A stretch of 61,092 bases of DNA, the filler included, from Dugesia japonica (Eukaryota), in the NCBI GenBank assembly GCA_001938525.1. It is 4 parts of 4 records of this genome, joined end to end, with 100 filler letters (N's around TTAATTAATTAA, not from the genome) between each part and the next. Parts side by side here need not be neighbours in the genome. Positions count along the whole stretch, not along the records: positions 32,902 to 51,453 come from MQRL01496496.1; 3 more parts are not named here. The stretch is one strand, 5' to 3'. The notes below the pieces were generated by a model. That model ran no database searches, was not told the DNA's origin, and saw only the letters and a program-made list of their open reading frames with translations. How positions within the stretch are numbered: the stretch's first letter is position 1; the number at the start of each line of letters is the position of its first letter. Below are positions 38,761 through 51,453 of the stretch, one piece after another. The position numbers and the translations under genes are program-made.

Positions 38761-38961
38761 CATAATAAAGAAAATTATTTATAAAAGATTTATTAAGTTC
38801 AATTAAATGTACAAGGTTTCAAAAATATAATAAATTTAATAAGATTTAATACGATTACAAAGAAATTACAATAATTAGCAATTAAAAAAAATTACAAGAT
38901 TATAAATTCTTACTATCAATCTTCAATTCTTAATTCCACTAAAAATTACAACTCAAAATAA

Positions 38962-38977
38962 CCAATCGGTAGTAGCA

Positions 38978-39008
<31 letters not shown>

Positions 39009-39246
39009 ATCAGCGCAAGCTAGTGACTTGTGCTTACTAGGAATTCCTCGTTCATGTGAAATAATTACAATTCACAATCCATGTTACTACAGTGTTTTAC
39101 AAGATTGTCGAACTATTTCTAGTAAGGTATACTCGTTGGAACTGCCATTGTAGCGCGCGTGCGGTCCCGGACATCTAAGGGAATCACAGGCCTGTTATTG
39201 CTCTTTGTCATTTAGCTAGACGCTATTTATTCTTCTAAGAAGTGAT
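38962..39246 (-). rRNA. 18S rRNA gene fragment (3' region), isolated pseudogenic copy
   Basis: acgggcggtgtgtacaaagggcagggacgtaatc and ggacatctaagggaatcacaggcctgttattgc are reverse complements of conserved eukaryotic SSU segments. Flanks are not rRNA. Confidence 0.92.
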
Positions 39247-40630
39247 TATTTACGAGTTAAAATAAATACACTAAATAACCACTGTATTTATATCCTTTTG
39301 GAAAATTAAAACAACAAAAATTTTCACTTATTATTATTTTCACAATTATTATTTACAAATTTACTTTTATTATTAACCATTATATCAAGCATAAAATAAT
39401 CATACATAACTACACCATAACAAAAATTATTTTCTAGCAACTCAATATCATACATACATTTACAAGCATACCATTAATGCTCAAATCAAATCTTACATAT
39501 TTTAATGAATTGCTCCGACAACTTCCTTCATTGATAGAGCTTCGGCTTTTGGTAATTGATCTGTCATAGTTCTGTTATCATCTGTCATCAAATTATCTGA
39601 ATGTTTTACGTACACAGCAACCGTGAATTTAGTATCTTTTCATATCCCGAATTTCATAGCATTGTTGTTTGAAGTATTGATCTGTTAAACTGGAAACATT
39701 TTACATTCGGAAAATTAGCTCTAGTATGTCATTCTTCTTTGACTGCCTAAAACCATTTAGATCTTTGTCAAAAATTATTTTCCATTCTCTTAAATCTTCT
39801 TCCATTTAAATGATTTATGGGTACATCGGTTTCTATTATTTTCCACTAAATTATTCTTTTTAAATGTAACTGGACTATTTTGCTGAAAACCATCAAATTT
39901 AGCAGTTGTTGCATAATGCTTTTAATTGATGCAACATTGGTTTCTAGCGTTTTGCAACAGAAAAGTGATATAATTCTATAGATAGTCGACCTATTGTTAC
40001 ATGTTTACTTGAGATAAAATTAGTTTTATTAAATATGGTAAGTTATGTCCGATTATGTGAAACGATAGATTTTGTGATAACGTAACGCAGCTAACTTTAT
40101 GATGATGTTACACTAACTTTTCTGCATCTTCACGAATTGATAGCTATTCACAGCATTTGTAGAAATAAATGCTTTGGTACTGATAAAATCTTGCCTTTTC
40201 CATTATAATCTAGTGTTTTGAAGTAGAAAATCAAGAAAAAGAAAAACAAATCTTGACTACAAACATTAAGCTATTATATAACATGATTTTAATTATGTAT
40301 TTTTTGAGTGTGAAATTCACGAATTTAACCGAAATCGACGGAAAATAAATTTACAATTGGTGGAGTATTTATAACATGATTTGAATGTAATAAACAATGA
40401 AAGAAAAAGAATTTATGATGCCGTAAAGAATTTCTTCTTGATTGTTTTAAAATTTTATGCTAAATTATAGCTTTTCTCACACTCCAATTTCTAATTTTCT
40501 TTTTAACATATCAAATACAGTTAAATACAATTAGTCAAAATGGAATTAATTAAAAACATTTCTAGTGTATTAGAAAATTTGTTTAACTAAATAATATTTT
40601 AAATTTTATTTACTTTATATTTCATTATTT

Positions 40631-41070
40631 ATGCTTGTAAGGTTAATAAGTTTTTAAAATATTTGACTAGTTTTTAGCCTAAGTATATTGTGCAAATTAT
40701 TCTGGGAATTTCCAGAGTATTTGGACGAGCAATCGGTAAAGCTGTGAAAGAAGAATATATAGCAAGTCAACAAGCTTCAAAAGGAAGAAATAACAACTCT
40801 AAAACTGCTGAAAGTATTTACACTGATTTATCCTCGAGTATTTCATTGGAAGAAGCAAAATTAATATTAAACATTAAAGATTTATATAACATTGAAGACA
40901 TTAATCAAAAGTATACGTTACTATTTGAAAACAATGATAAATCTAAAGGTGGTAGCCTGTATTTACAATCAAAAGTTAGTAAATTATACATATTAATTAA
41001 ATTATATTAATGTTAGGTTTATCGGGCCAAAGAACGTATTGACCAAGAAATAATGAACATTAACAAATAA
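40631..41070 (+). CDS. PAM16: Mitochondrial import motor subunit PAM16/TIM16 (Magmas); exons 40631-40636, 40678-40974, 41017-41070
   Basis: Spliced product [25 protein letters not shown]...[12 protein letters not shown]...[23 protein letters not shown]; GT-AG introns of 41 and 42 nt. The first micro-exon is inferred. Confidence 0.93.
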
Positions 41071-41129
41071 ATAGTCAAAACATTAATTTTCAGTTAATAA
41101 ATGTATATTAGTTAATTTTTGAGTTTAAT

Positions 41130-42610
41130 TTATTTCATTGGATCTGCTAATGACCTTCTCCTTTCTTCATTTTGAATCGATTGCGTAATTAATCGTATGG
41201 CGTATTCTACGTTTTGACATAATCCAATAACAGTAACAATTCGATTCGTTGTATTCGGTGCATAGACTCCTTTCTTGGACACTTTAATGTCAGTGGATGT
41301 GTGGCCTTTTAATTCTGAAATCGATGATCCTCTTTTACCCAATATATGGCCTACTATTGTCTCGGGTATCTACAAAAAAAGTTAATTAAAAATTGCATTG
41401 TTAATTATAATTAAATTGAATGATTGAATTAAAAATTGATCTCTAAAGCATGTCCGATGAAGGATGATGAGGACAATTAACTCACCGCTAACTCAATCTG
41501 CATGCTTTTGAGAGGTCCATTTCATTATTTTTTTATTAACATGAAATCACCATCTACTTCCTTTATTTACTACAAAAATTTTCCTTTTCATAACCATAAT
41601 AAATAGAACATTCACCTCAATTGACCTTTCTATTTTATCCATTTTATTAGAAATATTTCCTGAAATATAATTAATGTTCCTGGAAATTTAAGATCTGTTA
41701 GCTTACTGTATGTTTGATCACATTCATTCATAAAAGTATTATTTGGATCAATATTGTGTAAAAGTGATTTTGAAATCGACACAGGTGCATAATTTTCTGG
41801 TGCAACTGAATTTCCCCATACAGATTGTTGATACAAACTTTGAGAATTAGTAGATACGTAATTTAGCATAGAAAGACTATTAAATGCACAATCTTGAGAT
41901 ATTGCATTTACAATTTTTTTAATTGCAATTAACAATTGAGTTAAATTTCCTGTAATAACAACACATCTTTCCGATACTAAACTCCCTTCGACTTTCTGAG
42001 ATAACTGTATATGAACTCCACTCTCTTCTTTTATTTCTTGTACATACTTTCCATTTTTACCGATAATAACACCAGCAGCTGCATTAGAAACCAATAACTT
42101 AATCTAATAAATTTTAACACGCAATCAAATTTTCATATTTTACTTGAGGACGCTTATTTAATTGTGATGAATTATTTATCTGATCATAAGTATTAATTAT
42201 TTTGTCAACGACAAACCCAGTAAAATTAATTACGGATTCAGAAGTTCCAGAAACTAAACATATTCTTTCATTAGTACCTTAACAAAATTATAAAAATTTG
42301 TGACGTCTTAAATATTACCTGGATAAAACTCTCCAACTTTAGATATTTTAGCAACTGCTCCACTATTCTGCTGAGCATTAATGATGTCTTCTCCCTTTTT
42401 CCCCAATATCGCACCTACTGAAACATTAGGAATTAACATCTTAAGAATAACATTGCCTGGGATTATTTAATAATATCTATATTTCATTTTTCATAAGTTA
42501 CTATGATATTTTTTATTTAATACAATATCATCATTTTCTAAGGGGCGTTTCCTACAGCTTTTAATAATAACAGGATCAGTTTGAACAGATGAATCAATTT
42601 TTTCAGCCAT
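41130..42610 (-). CDS. Nova: Nova/pasilla-family triple-KH splicing regulator; exons 42610-42502, 42456-42319, 42277-42144, 42103-?, ..., 41369-41130
   Basis: KH1 LKMLIPNVSVGAILGKKG...FYPGTNERICLVSG; KH2 AAGVIIGKNG...QLSQK...ERCVVITG; KH3 VGHILGKRG...VSKKGVYAPNTTNRIVTVIG. Introns 40-45 nt. Linker exons unresolved. Confidence 0.92.
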
Positions 42611-43199
42611 TACAATTTGAACTTTAAAACAACTAGAATAAATAATTTACTTTAAATGTATTCAAGTTTAAAAATTTAACTTATAAATTTACTTGATTTT
42701 TATTTGAATTAAAAACATTACAACATTTTATTAAAATGACGTTTTGATTTGAGAATATTTTGAACTTAACGTAACTGTTGAGTTATAATGAATTAATCTG
42801 ATTTTATTTATGCTTAAACTAAAAATACTTTAAGACTAGAATACTTAAATACTAAATTTTAAATTTTGGGTTACTAAATATTTCTTTATAAAAAATATTG
42901 TTTGGTTAATTGCTTTGTTCTACACGCATATTAATTACGTAAGAGGATGAGTGGCCTGAATGTTTGACATTATGCGTAGTGATAAATATACGATCGTATC
43001 GGTAGTATTTGGATGTCTGGCTCGATACTTTACAAATAAACTTTACAAGTTTTAAAAAAATTAATAAACCGGTCAATTAGATTGATCCCATTACATGCAT
43101 TGAAGTTGTATTGTTTTAAACTTTAAGGAATAGTCTATGAATTTAAAACCTGCTTACTTAAATAACAGTAAAAATATTTATTTTTAACTGTTTATTAAG

Positions 43200-43935
43200 T
43201 AATTAAATTTAATTTTAAGTTCATAAACAATTCAATTCATTAAAACCCAGTAAAAACCTAATGATAACATTTTAGCATTTAGATAATGAGATTGGACAAT
43301 TTATTAACTATTTTCAATGCATCGTAAATTCATTTTGAAATTTTGTCTACTAAATTGGGTGTCTAAAGATGAAGTTTTATTTTCTCTTGTTCATTGAGAT
43401 ATTTTTTCGAAATCGTCTTCAGATTCAACGGTGTCGGATGAAGATGATGATAATTCAAGTATTAATTGATCAAAGCTGTATGCTGTCATCTCGTTTCCCA
43501 CTCGAAGGTCTTTCATACGAACAGTTAATTCAAACAGAACGTTCTTAGCTCTATTTATTTGTTCTTCCGTCAATATGGATCGAACCATGGGGTCAACATA
43601 GCTCCCAGCCAATGGAAAATCATTGCCCAGTAAATGTTTTTCTCTGCATATCATGGCGTTTTTTATTACATCAACAATAATATTACTTTAAATTTTTGAC
43701 AAACGAAAAATAATATTCTTCAATTGCTTAAAAATATCTATAGATAACGGGTCTAGCTTTTCGACTTTCGACATAAAAAAGAAAAAAAAACACCCTACAA
43801 ATTTAATATTTATACGCTATACACATTTATTATTACGTGATTAAAATTTCACAATTAAAATTTTTTTAAAAATGCATTTTTTAGAAAAAAAAGTCGGAGT
43901 CGTTCATTTTTCACGACTACGACTCCACAGCCCTA
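43200..43935 (-). pseudogene. hAT transposon remnant with terminal sequence TAGGGCTGTGGAGTCG
   Basis: End motif gactccacagcccta with gagtcg/cgact subterminal repeats. Minus ORF 43391-43654 (LAGSYVDPM...acidic/Ser linker) resembles hAT C-terminal halves. Confidence 0.6.
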
Positions 43936-44219
43936 CAATTAACATTCTTTGAGTCAGTAAATGGGGACCATCAATATCTTATGTACGCAATAAACCCCAG
44001 ATTTTGAAACCGTTCCCCCCTGTTGCACTGCGTACATTTTTAGAATCACTCTTCTATGTGTACATATGGGCGGCGGCCTTTTCGCATTGTAAAAATATAA
44101 AATATTATTAGTTATAGAAATTCGAAATAACGTTGTTCGAATAATACGAATTAATGCTATATTTATATTAATAAATATTCTAAGCACTTAGTTATTCTTC
44201 AAGTATAATAGAGGACAAA

Positions 44220-45130
44220 AATATGGGGGAAAAACTATTAATGCGGTGACACGGTAACAGCATCAACGGAAAGCAATTTAAGATGCGTTACCAAAAGAAG
44301 CGCAAGAATTTATAAATTTTAACGTCAGAAAATATGATGGAAAAGATGCAGAAGAAGCTTCAAAATGGTTTAAGGATATTGAGGAATCGACAATCGTTAA
44401 TAATTTTAATTTATTGGATATCTTTTATTTATTATTGTCAGATGAAGCAGGAATTCTTTGGAAAGATTTTAAAAAGATTGAGATCACAACGGAGGAAGCA
44501 AAAAGGTGGTTTACAGACACATTTAAGATAAAAAATGGTTTTCAGAACTGATTTTAGAATTAGCAAGGATAAAACAAGAGACTGAAGAAAGATTCGCAAC
44601 ATTCAAAATCAGAGTAAAAAATCTGATAGATAATGTCATGAATTCAGGACTAAGTAAAGATGAAATAATTAATGACGTACTCCCAAAGGTGAAAAATACA
44701 AAGTTGAAAGAAATATTGACGACGCATTTTGATATCAAGATCACGGAAATGAGATCTCTAGCGAAGATTTACGAGAACAAGGAATATTATCAATGAATCA
44801 CCGAAGAGGAAGATATCTGTAAGATACAAAAAAAGATGACTTATGCAAACGTAGTGAAACCATACATAAATAGATTTGCAGAGTATAGACAGAAAATGCG
44901 TGCAAACAATTTGCCGGTAAAAATAATATATGAGAAGAACACCCAACCAGTGATGATGGAAATAAGAACACAGGTGATGAGGCCAAAACCAACAGTATCG
45001 TTGAAATATTTGGCAAGATGTTATTTTAATAGACAGAGAGGATTTCCAGAACCTCGTGAAGAGAAACTCCAAAAGGGACAATGTCATTGCTGCCGAGATC
45101 TTCTTCTGGTTGAAATGCAACATTGAGATC
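44220..45130 (+). pseudogene. Gypsy gag remnant
   Basis: Reading KYDGKDAEEASKWFKDIEE...LWKDFK...WFTDTF...IKQETEERFATFK is homologous to the gag at 28385-28680. Degenerate Cys knuckles near 45020-45120. Confidence 0.7.
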
Positions 45131-46596
45131 TAACATGAGATTTCAAACCTGCTTTATTTTTGAATATCTTTTTACATAGATTATTCGGAAGAACAAGAGT
45201 TTAAATTTCTTAATGAACTTGATTATCTTGATTCATTTTATAAATATAAAATTTGGTCATATTTATTTACCTACTTTATAGGATGTGATTTTAATTTTAA
45301 TTTTGATTTTTTAAACTTTGATTTTTAATTTTTGTCGCCTACAGTAGACACTTTTTTAAATTTTTATTTTTTATTTAAAGCTCAAACACTTATTCTCATT
45401 TTTTTGGCAATAAAATAATCTTTTAAATATGGATTTTTAAAAACAAGATCTTGATATTTAGCATCTAAACAAATCTTTTGAGATTAATTTACTAACGTTG
45501 AATCAAAGCAGTTAGCACAATTAATATTTATTGTACGAGTATGATTCGAGACCGTTGGCTCCACGATAGTGCACATGATAAATGATACCACTACAACAGA
45601 GTTTGATACCAGTGGAACAGAAATTAAGCAGTGGTAACATAGGAAAAAAGAGGGTTATTATTATCAGCGGAACAAAGTTTGATACTAGTAGAACAAAGTT
45701 GAAAATACAAAAAACAAAGGCTTTGTGCGGTTGAGTTGTAGTTTGAGTTGTAATTATCAATTCACATTTAGTAAAGCTAAAAATGTTTGATCATACTCGT
45801 ACCAATCATTATTACTCTGGTTTTGTTAATTTTTGGTTATTTTTATGTTTTGATTTTATTTCTTAGAAAAATGGAAGAGTTTATTAAAGATATGATACAA
45901 GATCTAGAGTTTATGAATGATATAAATAAAGATTATATTAAACTTATGAGCTGTACAACAAAAGAGCAAAATATGGTTTTAAAAGAAGTTTATCCAAAGT
46001 TTAGATTATTTAAAGAAGCTATGAATTTAGCTGGAAATACAATATATGATTTATCGATTGAAAATGAAAAATTAAAAGAAAAAATATAATATTGAATTAA
46101 AATTTTACTTTTTTGTTATTATTTTTAATGAATATAATAAAATTTTTAAATAATAAAGTGGTTTCTAATAATAACACACAAAATAATTTTTATAAACTCT
46201 TAAAAAATTATAATTTTATGGAAAATTCTGTTTCAAGTTTTTATAAACAAAATAATGTAAATGATAAAATAGTAATAAAATATTTAAAAGAATTTAATAT
46301 TCCTTATAATGAAAAAAAATATGTTAAAATTTCAAAAAGAAATGTTAATGGACAATATAAATCTTTAATAAAACGATTTGAGTTAACACAAATGAAAAGC
46401 GAAAATGAAAAATTGAAAGAAAAATTTGAACAAATAAAAAATATAATATTCAAATAAAATTTTTGTTATTATTTTATAAATATATAAAATAGTATTATGA
46501 TATTATAGTGTAATGGTATTAAATTATTAGTGTAATGGTAATATGGAATTATAGTTTAGTATTATGGATTGATAGTGTGGTATAATAGTATGGTAT

Positions 46597-46782
46597 TGTT
46601 GGGTTTCCACCTGAGTTACGTATCAAAAATTGGTTGGCTGGGGAAAAACAGCCTTCAGGGGACCCTTTGAAGAATTTAACCTAAAGTCCCTGGTTTAGGT
46701 ATTCAGTGTAGAGTGGTTGACCTCCTTCTTCATGGGAGGTGCACACTCGTACACCTTTAATTTGGGTTCATGATTTTCCCTT
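46597..46782 (-). ncRNA. Conserved structured RNA element (copy 2)
   Basis: Minus-strand hairpins GTGTA.GAGTG/CACTCTACAC, ACCTCC/GGAGGT, CCTAAA/TTTAGG and GGCTG/CAGCC. Confidence 0.65.
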
Positions 46783-46828
46783 AAATAACTCAAACAAAAC
46801 ATCGTTTAAAGTATCTATTATTAACACA

Positions 46829-47211
46829 TTATAATTCATCCAAAGCGCCAGGGTCGAGCCACTGGGCTGGGTCAGTTAACAAAAAGTTGAAAGAAACTGT
46901 ATCGTCGTTGTCATTCCATTGCATCCAAGTGGGGTTGCCAAGTTGGCGAGAGAGGTCAGAAATATATTGCTTTAAGAAGTCAATTTTCCTTTGCAGGGAT
47001 TGTTTAATTTCCTCCTCGAGGTCATTTGTTTGGATTGCTAGCTCACTTTGCTTTTTAACTATCATATTAAGTTTCTTTATCAGTTTATCTCGTTGAGTGA
47101 GATGCTTTAGGAGTGCCCTGTCTGTTTTCCGTTTAAGGTGCTTTTCTACTAAGAGTCGGCGCATTATTCTGTGACAACGTCGAATACTATTCGGGAAGAT
47201 AATGTGAGGCA
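46829..47211 (-). CDS. Element ORF D copy 2, 127 aa from spliced A|TG
   Basis: tttctttcag|TGCCTCAC acceptor; ungapped alignment to 13435-13817. Confidence 0.8.
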
Positions 47212-47336
47212 CTGAAAGAAAATTATTAATGATATTCATTTTTCATTTATGAGAAAACTAAATGTAAAGACGGAAACAATTCAGACGAAATTAAACACAA
47301 ATAAAAAAATATATTAAATTGCAGTAAAACACGGGT

Positions 47337-47695
47337 TTACGGACGAGAGGTCTGGACCCCTTTATTCATCATCAGCGGTGTTAAGGGCATGGCTTTCCTC
47401 AAGTTTATAACATCATCCACCAGTTTATTCTCTCGGTCTTGATTGGACCGGATAATATCGGTAAGGGACTCTAACTGTGCCTTCCAAACTCGTTCTTGTT
47501 GATGTGACGCCTCGGCTTCCGCTTTGAAGGCCANGCATTCCCTTTTGTAATGCTGAACTTTGGCAGCTGCGTTTGCTACATCCACCTCCCAGCGCCGTTT
47601 AGCCAACTTATATAGGTCCCAAGTGATCTCGGTGTCGTCACTAGAAGCCCTTACTTTCTTGGTCGGGGCCGCAACACGATTCAGTGAGGAGTGCA
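47337..47695 (-). CDS. Element ORF C copy 2, 119 aa from spliced A|TG, C-terminal KGVQT
   Basis: tttcttctag|TGCACTCC acceptor; ungapped alignment to 13951-14309. Confidence 0.8.
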
Positions 47696-47934
47696 CTAGA
47701 AGAAACGCAATTTATCAAACATGATATAAAGATTTGGTGAATAAAATCAATCACTTACATCAATTGCTACTCGGTGGACATTTTATCCATCGTTAAGGTT
47801 AATTTTAATAAAAGATAAATTTACATGACAAAAAGATTTGGTTAAAAATCCGGAACAAATATATATTTTATTGTAAGACACCAAAAAAAAAATCACTAAT
47901 GAGTAGGGGCTGAATCAGCCACGGGTGCTGTATT

Positions 47935-48243
47935 CTAGGAATCTTCGCTACTCGAGGGTTCTCTTACACCCCATAATAAATTGTTAATATAGGCCTGCAC
48001 CGCTGGAGGTGGGGCGGAAGGTTGATACTGGAATGACGTGGCAAGGGTTCGGCCAGGCCCCGTCCAGCTCTGATAACTTTGTCGCTCACCAAAGTCTTGG
48101 ATCCTGGCGACCATGGCCTCTACCGGAGGTAAGTTAGACCGATTGGATAAAATACCGGCATCCCGACGATGAGGGTTTCTATGTCGTCGGAAAATGATGC
48201 GACGAGTCCTGCGGTCAATCATTCTTTCCCATATTGATTCCAT
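47935..48243 (-). CDS. Element ORF B copy 2, 102 aa
   Basis: tgtttcag|AATG acceptor; AATAAA downstream (~47870); homologous to 14609-14935. Confidence 0.75.
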   Translation of the reverse strand: MESIWERMIDRRTRRIIFRRHRNPHRRDAGILSNRSNLPPVEAMVARIQDFGERQSYQSWTGPGRTLATSFQYQPSAPPPAVQAYINNLLWGVREPSSSEDS

Positions 48244-48374
48244 TCTGAAACATAAAATTTAATTTATCATAACAGACCAGTACATTAATTAGTAAACTGA
48301 ACAGACAAAAATAAGAAGTAAAGATTTAAATTGGACATTTAATCAGGCATAACAAATTTCCTATTTCAATGAAA

Positions 48375-48581
48375 TTAGTTGTACTCTCGCAGAGACCCTG
48401 CTTCTTCATCTATATCTATTTTCGCAGTCGATGGAAACATCTCGACGAAGCAAATCAAATCGGTTTCGTCAGGATGCCTAATTAGACTGGGAGCTATGAG
48501 ATGCCCGATTAATTGCCTTTTGCGTGATCGTTCGCGCTCTCGTTGAATGAATTGAAGAGTCAATAGGAGTATATTCGACAT
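48375..48581 (-). CDS. Element ORF A copy 2, 68 aa (MSNIL...)
   Basis: gtttcag|ATACCCCATG acceptor at 48589; shares PDETDLxCFVEMFP and KxDxDEE with copy 1. Confidence 0.75.
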   Translation of the reverse strand: MSNILLLTLQFIQRERERSRKRQLIGHLIAPSLIRHPDETDLICFVEMFPSTAKIDIDEEAGSLREYN

Positions 48582-50411
48582 GGGGTATCTGAAACTGATG
48601 CACAATTATTATACCATTTGCAAAAAAAATTAGTTATTCCACAGGTTTTTATTGTTTACCTGTAAAAGCAACACTCGAAATTTTACTATAATTGCGTATG
48701 ACAAGAACTAATTCACTTCTGAGAGTGCTCGAGAACCTGAACATAATAGTCAAGGTAAGTAGTAGGGTTAGTTGCAAATAGCACTATTTCCTTTTCCTTA
48801 TAAATTGGGTAAGATTTGCGTCCACAGGAATCGGTTAATAATGCTAGTCAGTAGTTTCAGTGGTGACGATATGAATTTTAATATCCTTAATAGTGAATGT
48901 TTAACCATCAATTATTACACTAGTAATACACCCATTTATTATTATTTTAATAATTGTACGGAGGTTATGATATCCATATATGATTATATATCCTTATTAT
49001 AATGTTATTTTAATATTATTAACTGTTGTTAGTTATAATTAGAATCTTATTTATTCTTATCCCCCTGATTTTAGTTGTTAAAAACCATTATAAATATTCG
49101 GTCATATAATGTATTTTTAATTATGATTGAATTTGGGCGTTACCGGTAACTTAGCACCACGAAGGTCACAGCAGGTTTGCAGTAATAGCCCCCAATACAC
49201 GCTGGCGTGTAGAAAAGAAAATAATATCTGTAGGTGTGCAGACTAATTTTATTTCATATCGACTAATTTAACATCATCACTATAGAAGTAATTTTCTTGT
49301 TACCTCATTTACATACTACGGCAACTTAATTCACTATCGATGTTAGTTGGTCATTGTATACACGGAAAATTGCATAACTAACATGCTGGTATTCCGTTGA
49401 TATTATCTTTAACAAATCGACTCAATTTTGTGCAGAGCAAGCAAGTGAGCGTACGATTAATCAGTTGACTTTATCCACCAAAATATTTTTATTGTTAACA
49501 ATAGTAATATAAAAATAATNNNNNNNNNNNNNNNNNNNNNNNNNNNNNNNNNNNNNNNNNNNNNNNNNNNNNNNNNNNNNNNNNNNNNNNNNNNNNNNNN
49601 NNNNNNNNNNNNNNNNNNNNNNNNNNNNNNNNNNNNNNNNNNNNNNNNNNNNNNNNNNNNNNNNNNNNNNNNNNNNNNNNNNNNNNNNNNNNNNNNNTTC
49701 TGCTGTTACGAAAAATTGAAGCTAATTTATGATCAAAATAATAGAATTACTTTGTAGCTTGGCAGCAAATTGATCTATGCGAGATAACTAATCACGTCTT
49801 TTTCCAATAAATTATAATGGTGGTAGAATAACTGTTCTCGGATAATCGTCGACTTCGCAGTTTTTATTGTAGTTAAATTTTCAGTTGTTTGTGGTTTGCA
49901 GTTGATTTTTTGTAGTTGTAGTTGAAGTTAAAGTTGTAGTTGTAATTGTAGTTGTAGTTGTTTTTAAATTTGTGTGTTTTCTGCTAATTCCATGATTCCT
50001 TTTATACAATTTTTCTTAGCACCCCAACTTTTTTCATAATCGCTGGTTATTTTTAATTTGATTTTACTGATTTTGATTGGTTCTACTGCCAATCTTCTGA
50101 AATTTTTTTCAGAGTTTTAGAGTTCCAATTGGCGGCTATTTTTAAATCATCAGGTGAGACTTAGTGCTTTGTTTTATTTTTAAATTTCAGAATGCTATTG
50201 GACCAATCTTAGAATCTTCGTGGGGGTCCTCTAGATGGTGGTACCAGTTTCTTGTGTCAAAATTCCGATGACCTGATCCAAATCCTTCCCGAATTTTCTT
50301 CTGCCCAGCTCCTGTGTCTTTTGGTTGTAAAGTTATTCGTATAAAACGAATTTTTTGCTAATTTTGGTTTATTTTATTTCTGAATTAATTAATATTTTTT
50401 CTTTTTACAAT

Positions 50412-51453
50412 TGTTGGGGTGAAACACTCAGCGGAATGAGAAATAAAATCAAAGGGGGTCATAAATCATTCATTATCAAAACAAAAATAATATTATGGGA
50501 AGGAAAATGGAAAATCAAACAAGAAGAATCAGGATCATATTAATAAACAAAAATGGAAAGATTCAGACGATTAAACTAAGTTGGATTAATTATAATAATC
50601 GAAGGATTTAATAAAATTAAGAAAGAAAACGATTAACAGAAAAAGAAATAATTACAAAAAAATGTCAATTAATTTAAACGAAAAAAATTAATTAAATTTG
50701 GGCAGAAATTCTAATTATGCTGGTAACTTCGCTCCTGGTAAACCTATGAGGGAGGCTCAAGAAAATCCTTGCAGAGTTTCGGCTAACGCATCGGAATTTG
50801 GGTATACCAAAGCTCTAACATCATTCGGAGAACTTCTGCAGAGGTTTGAAGCTTGAGCCAATGACGAACCTGAAATTATAATTAAAACAAAGACACAATT
50901 NNNNNNNNNNNNNNNNNNNNNNNNNNNNNNNNNNNNNNNNNNNNNNNNNNNNNNNNNNNNNNNNNNNNNNNNNNNNNNNNNNNNNNNNNNNNNNNNNNNN
51001 NNNNNNNNNNNNNNNNNNNNNNNNNNNNNNNNNNNNNNNNNNNNNNNNNNNNTAAAAGAACCCCTGAATTTAGCAGAAAATCATCAACAAAATTTTTGAT
51101 ACTTAGAGTGTGAATACTTTCAGCACATTTATCGCAGAATTATTATCGAGAAAAGAAACCAAAACCACGTATCACTCTTAATTAATTATCGTCTATCCCG
51201 AGGAATTCAATTTCACCAGAGCACCAGCGAGTAACTTACGATTAATTTTGTTTCAATTAATTCTGTTTCGAAAGAAGAAGAAATCACCACCGAAGAACTC
51301 TGTTTTTTGCCCAAATAATACATCTAGCGATAGCCAGACCCGATGCGAAAACCGTAACAGGAATTCACCAGTTAATATGAAAAAAGTAAATTGTTATTTT
51401 GATTATGTTAAAAGTTGTATTAAGAAGAAATTTTGAATATTATTTAAATAAAT
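50412..51453 (+). mobile_element. Novel element copy 3 (promoter end only), inverted and apparently nested in copy 2
   Basis: Begins TGTTGGGGTGAAACAC, identical to the reverse of the copy 1 right end. Shares acctgaaatta.aa.taaaacaaagac; (TA)TAAAAGAACCCCT follows the gap at 51053. Runs off the scaffold end. Confidence 0.75.

Larger units (their letters stand above)
46597..50411 (-). mobile_element. Novel TG...CA element, copy 2 (promoter end interrupted at 50412)
   Basis: Starts TGTTGGGT at 46597. Same order as copy 1: structured RNA, D, C, B, A, leader, TATA, CCAAT. Homology to copy 1 continues to about 50400. Confidence 0.85.

Noticed and set aside
47212-47239. Upstream in-frame ATG extension of ORF D copy 2 (also the extensions of B1 and A2 in the ORF track)
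   Set aside because: The extensions run through intron-like pyrimidine tracts and are absent from the other copy.
13186-50411. Copies 1 and 2 as the two LTRs of one giant 37-kb element or a local segmental duplication
   Set aside because: Two artificial scaffold linkers lie between them, they are strongly diverged, and copy 1 has its own TSD.
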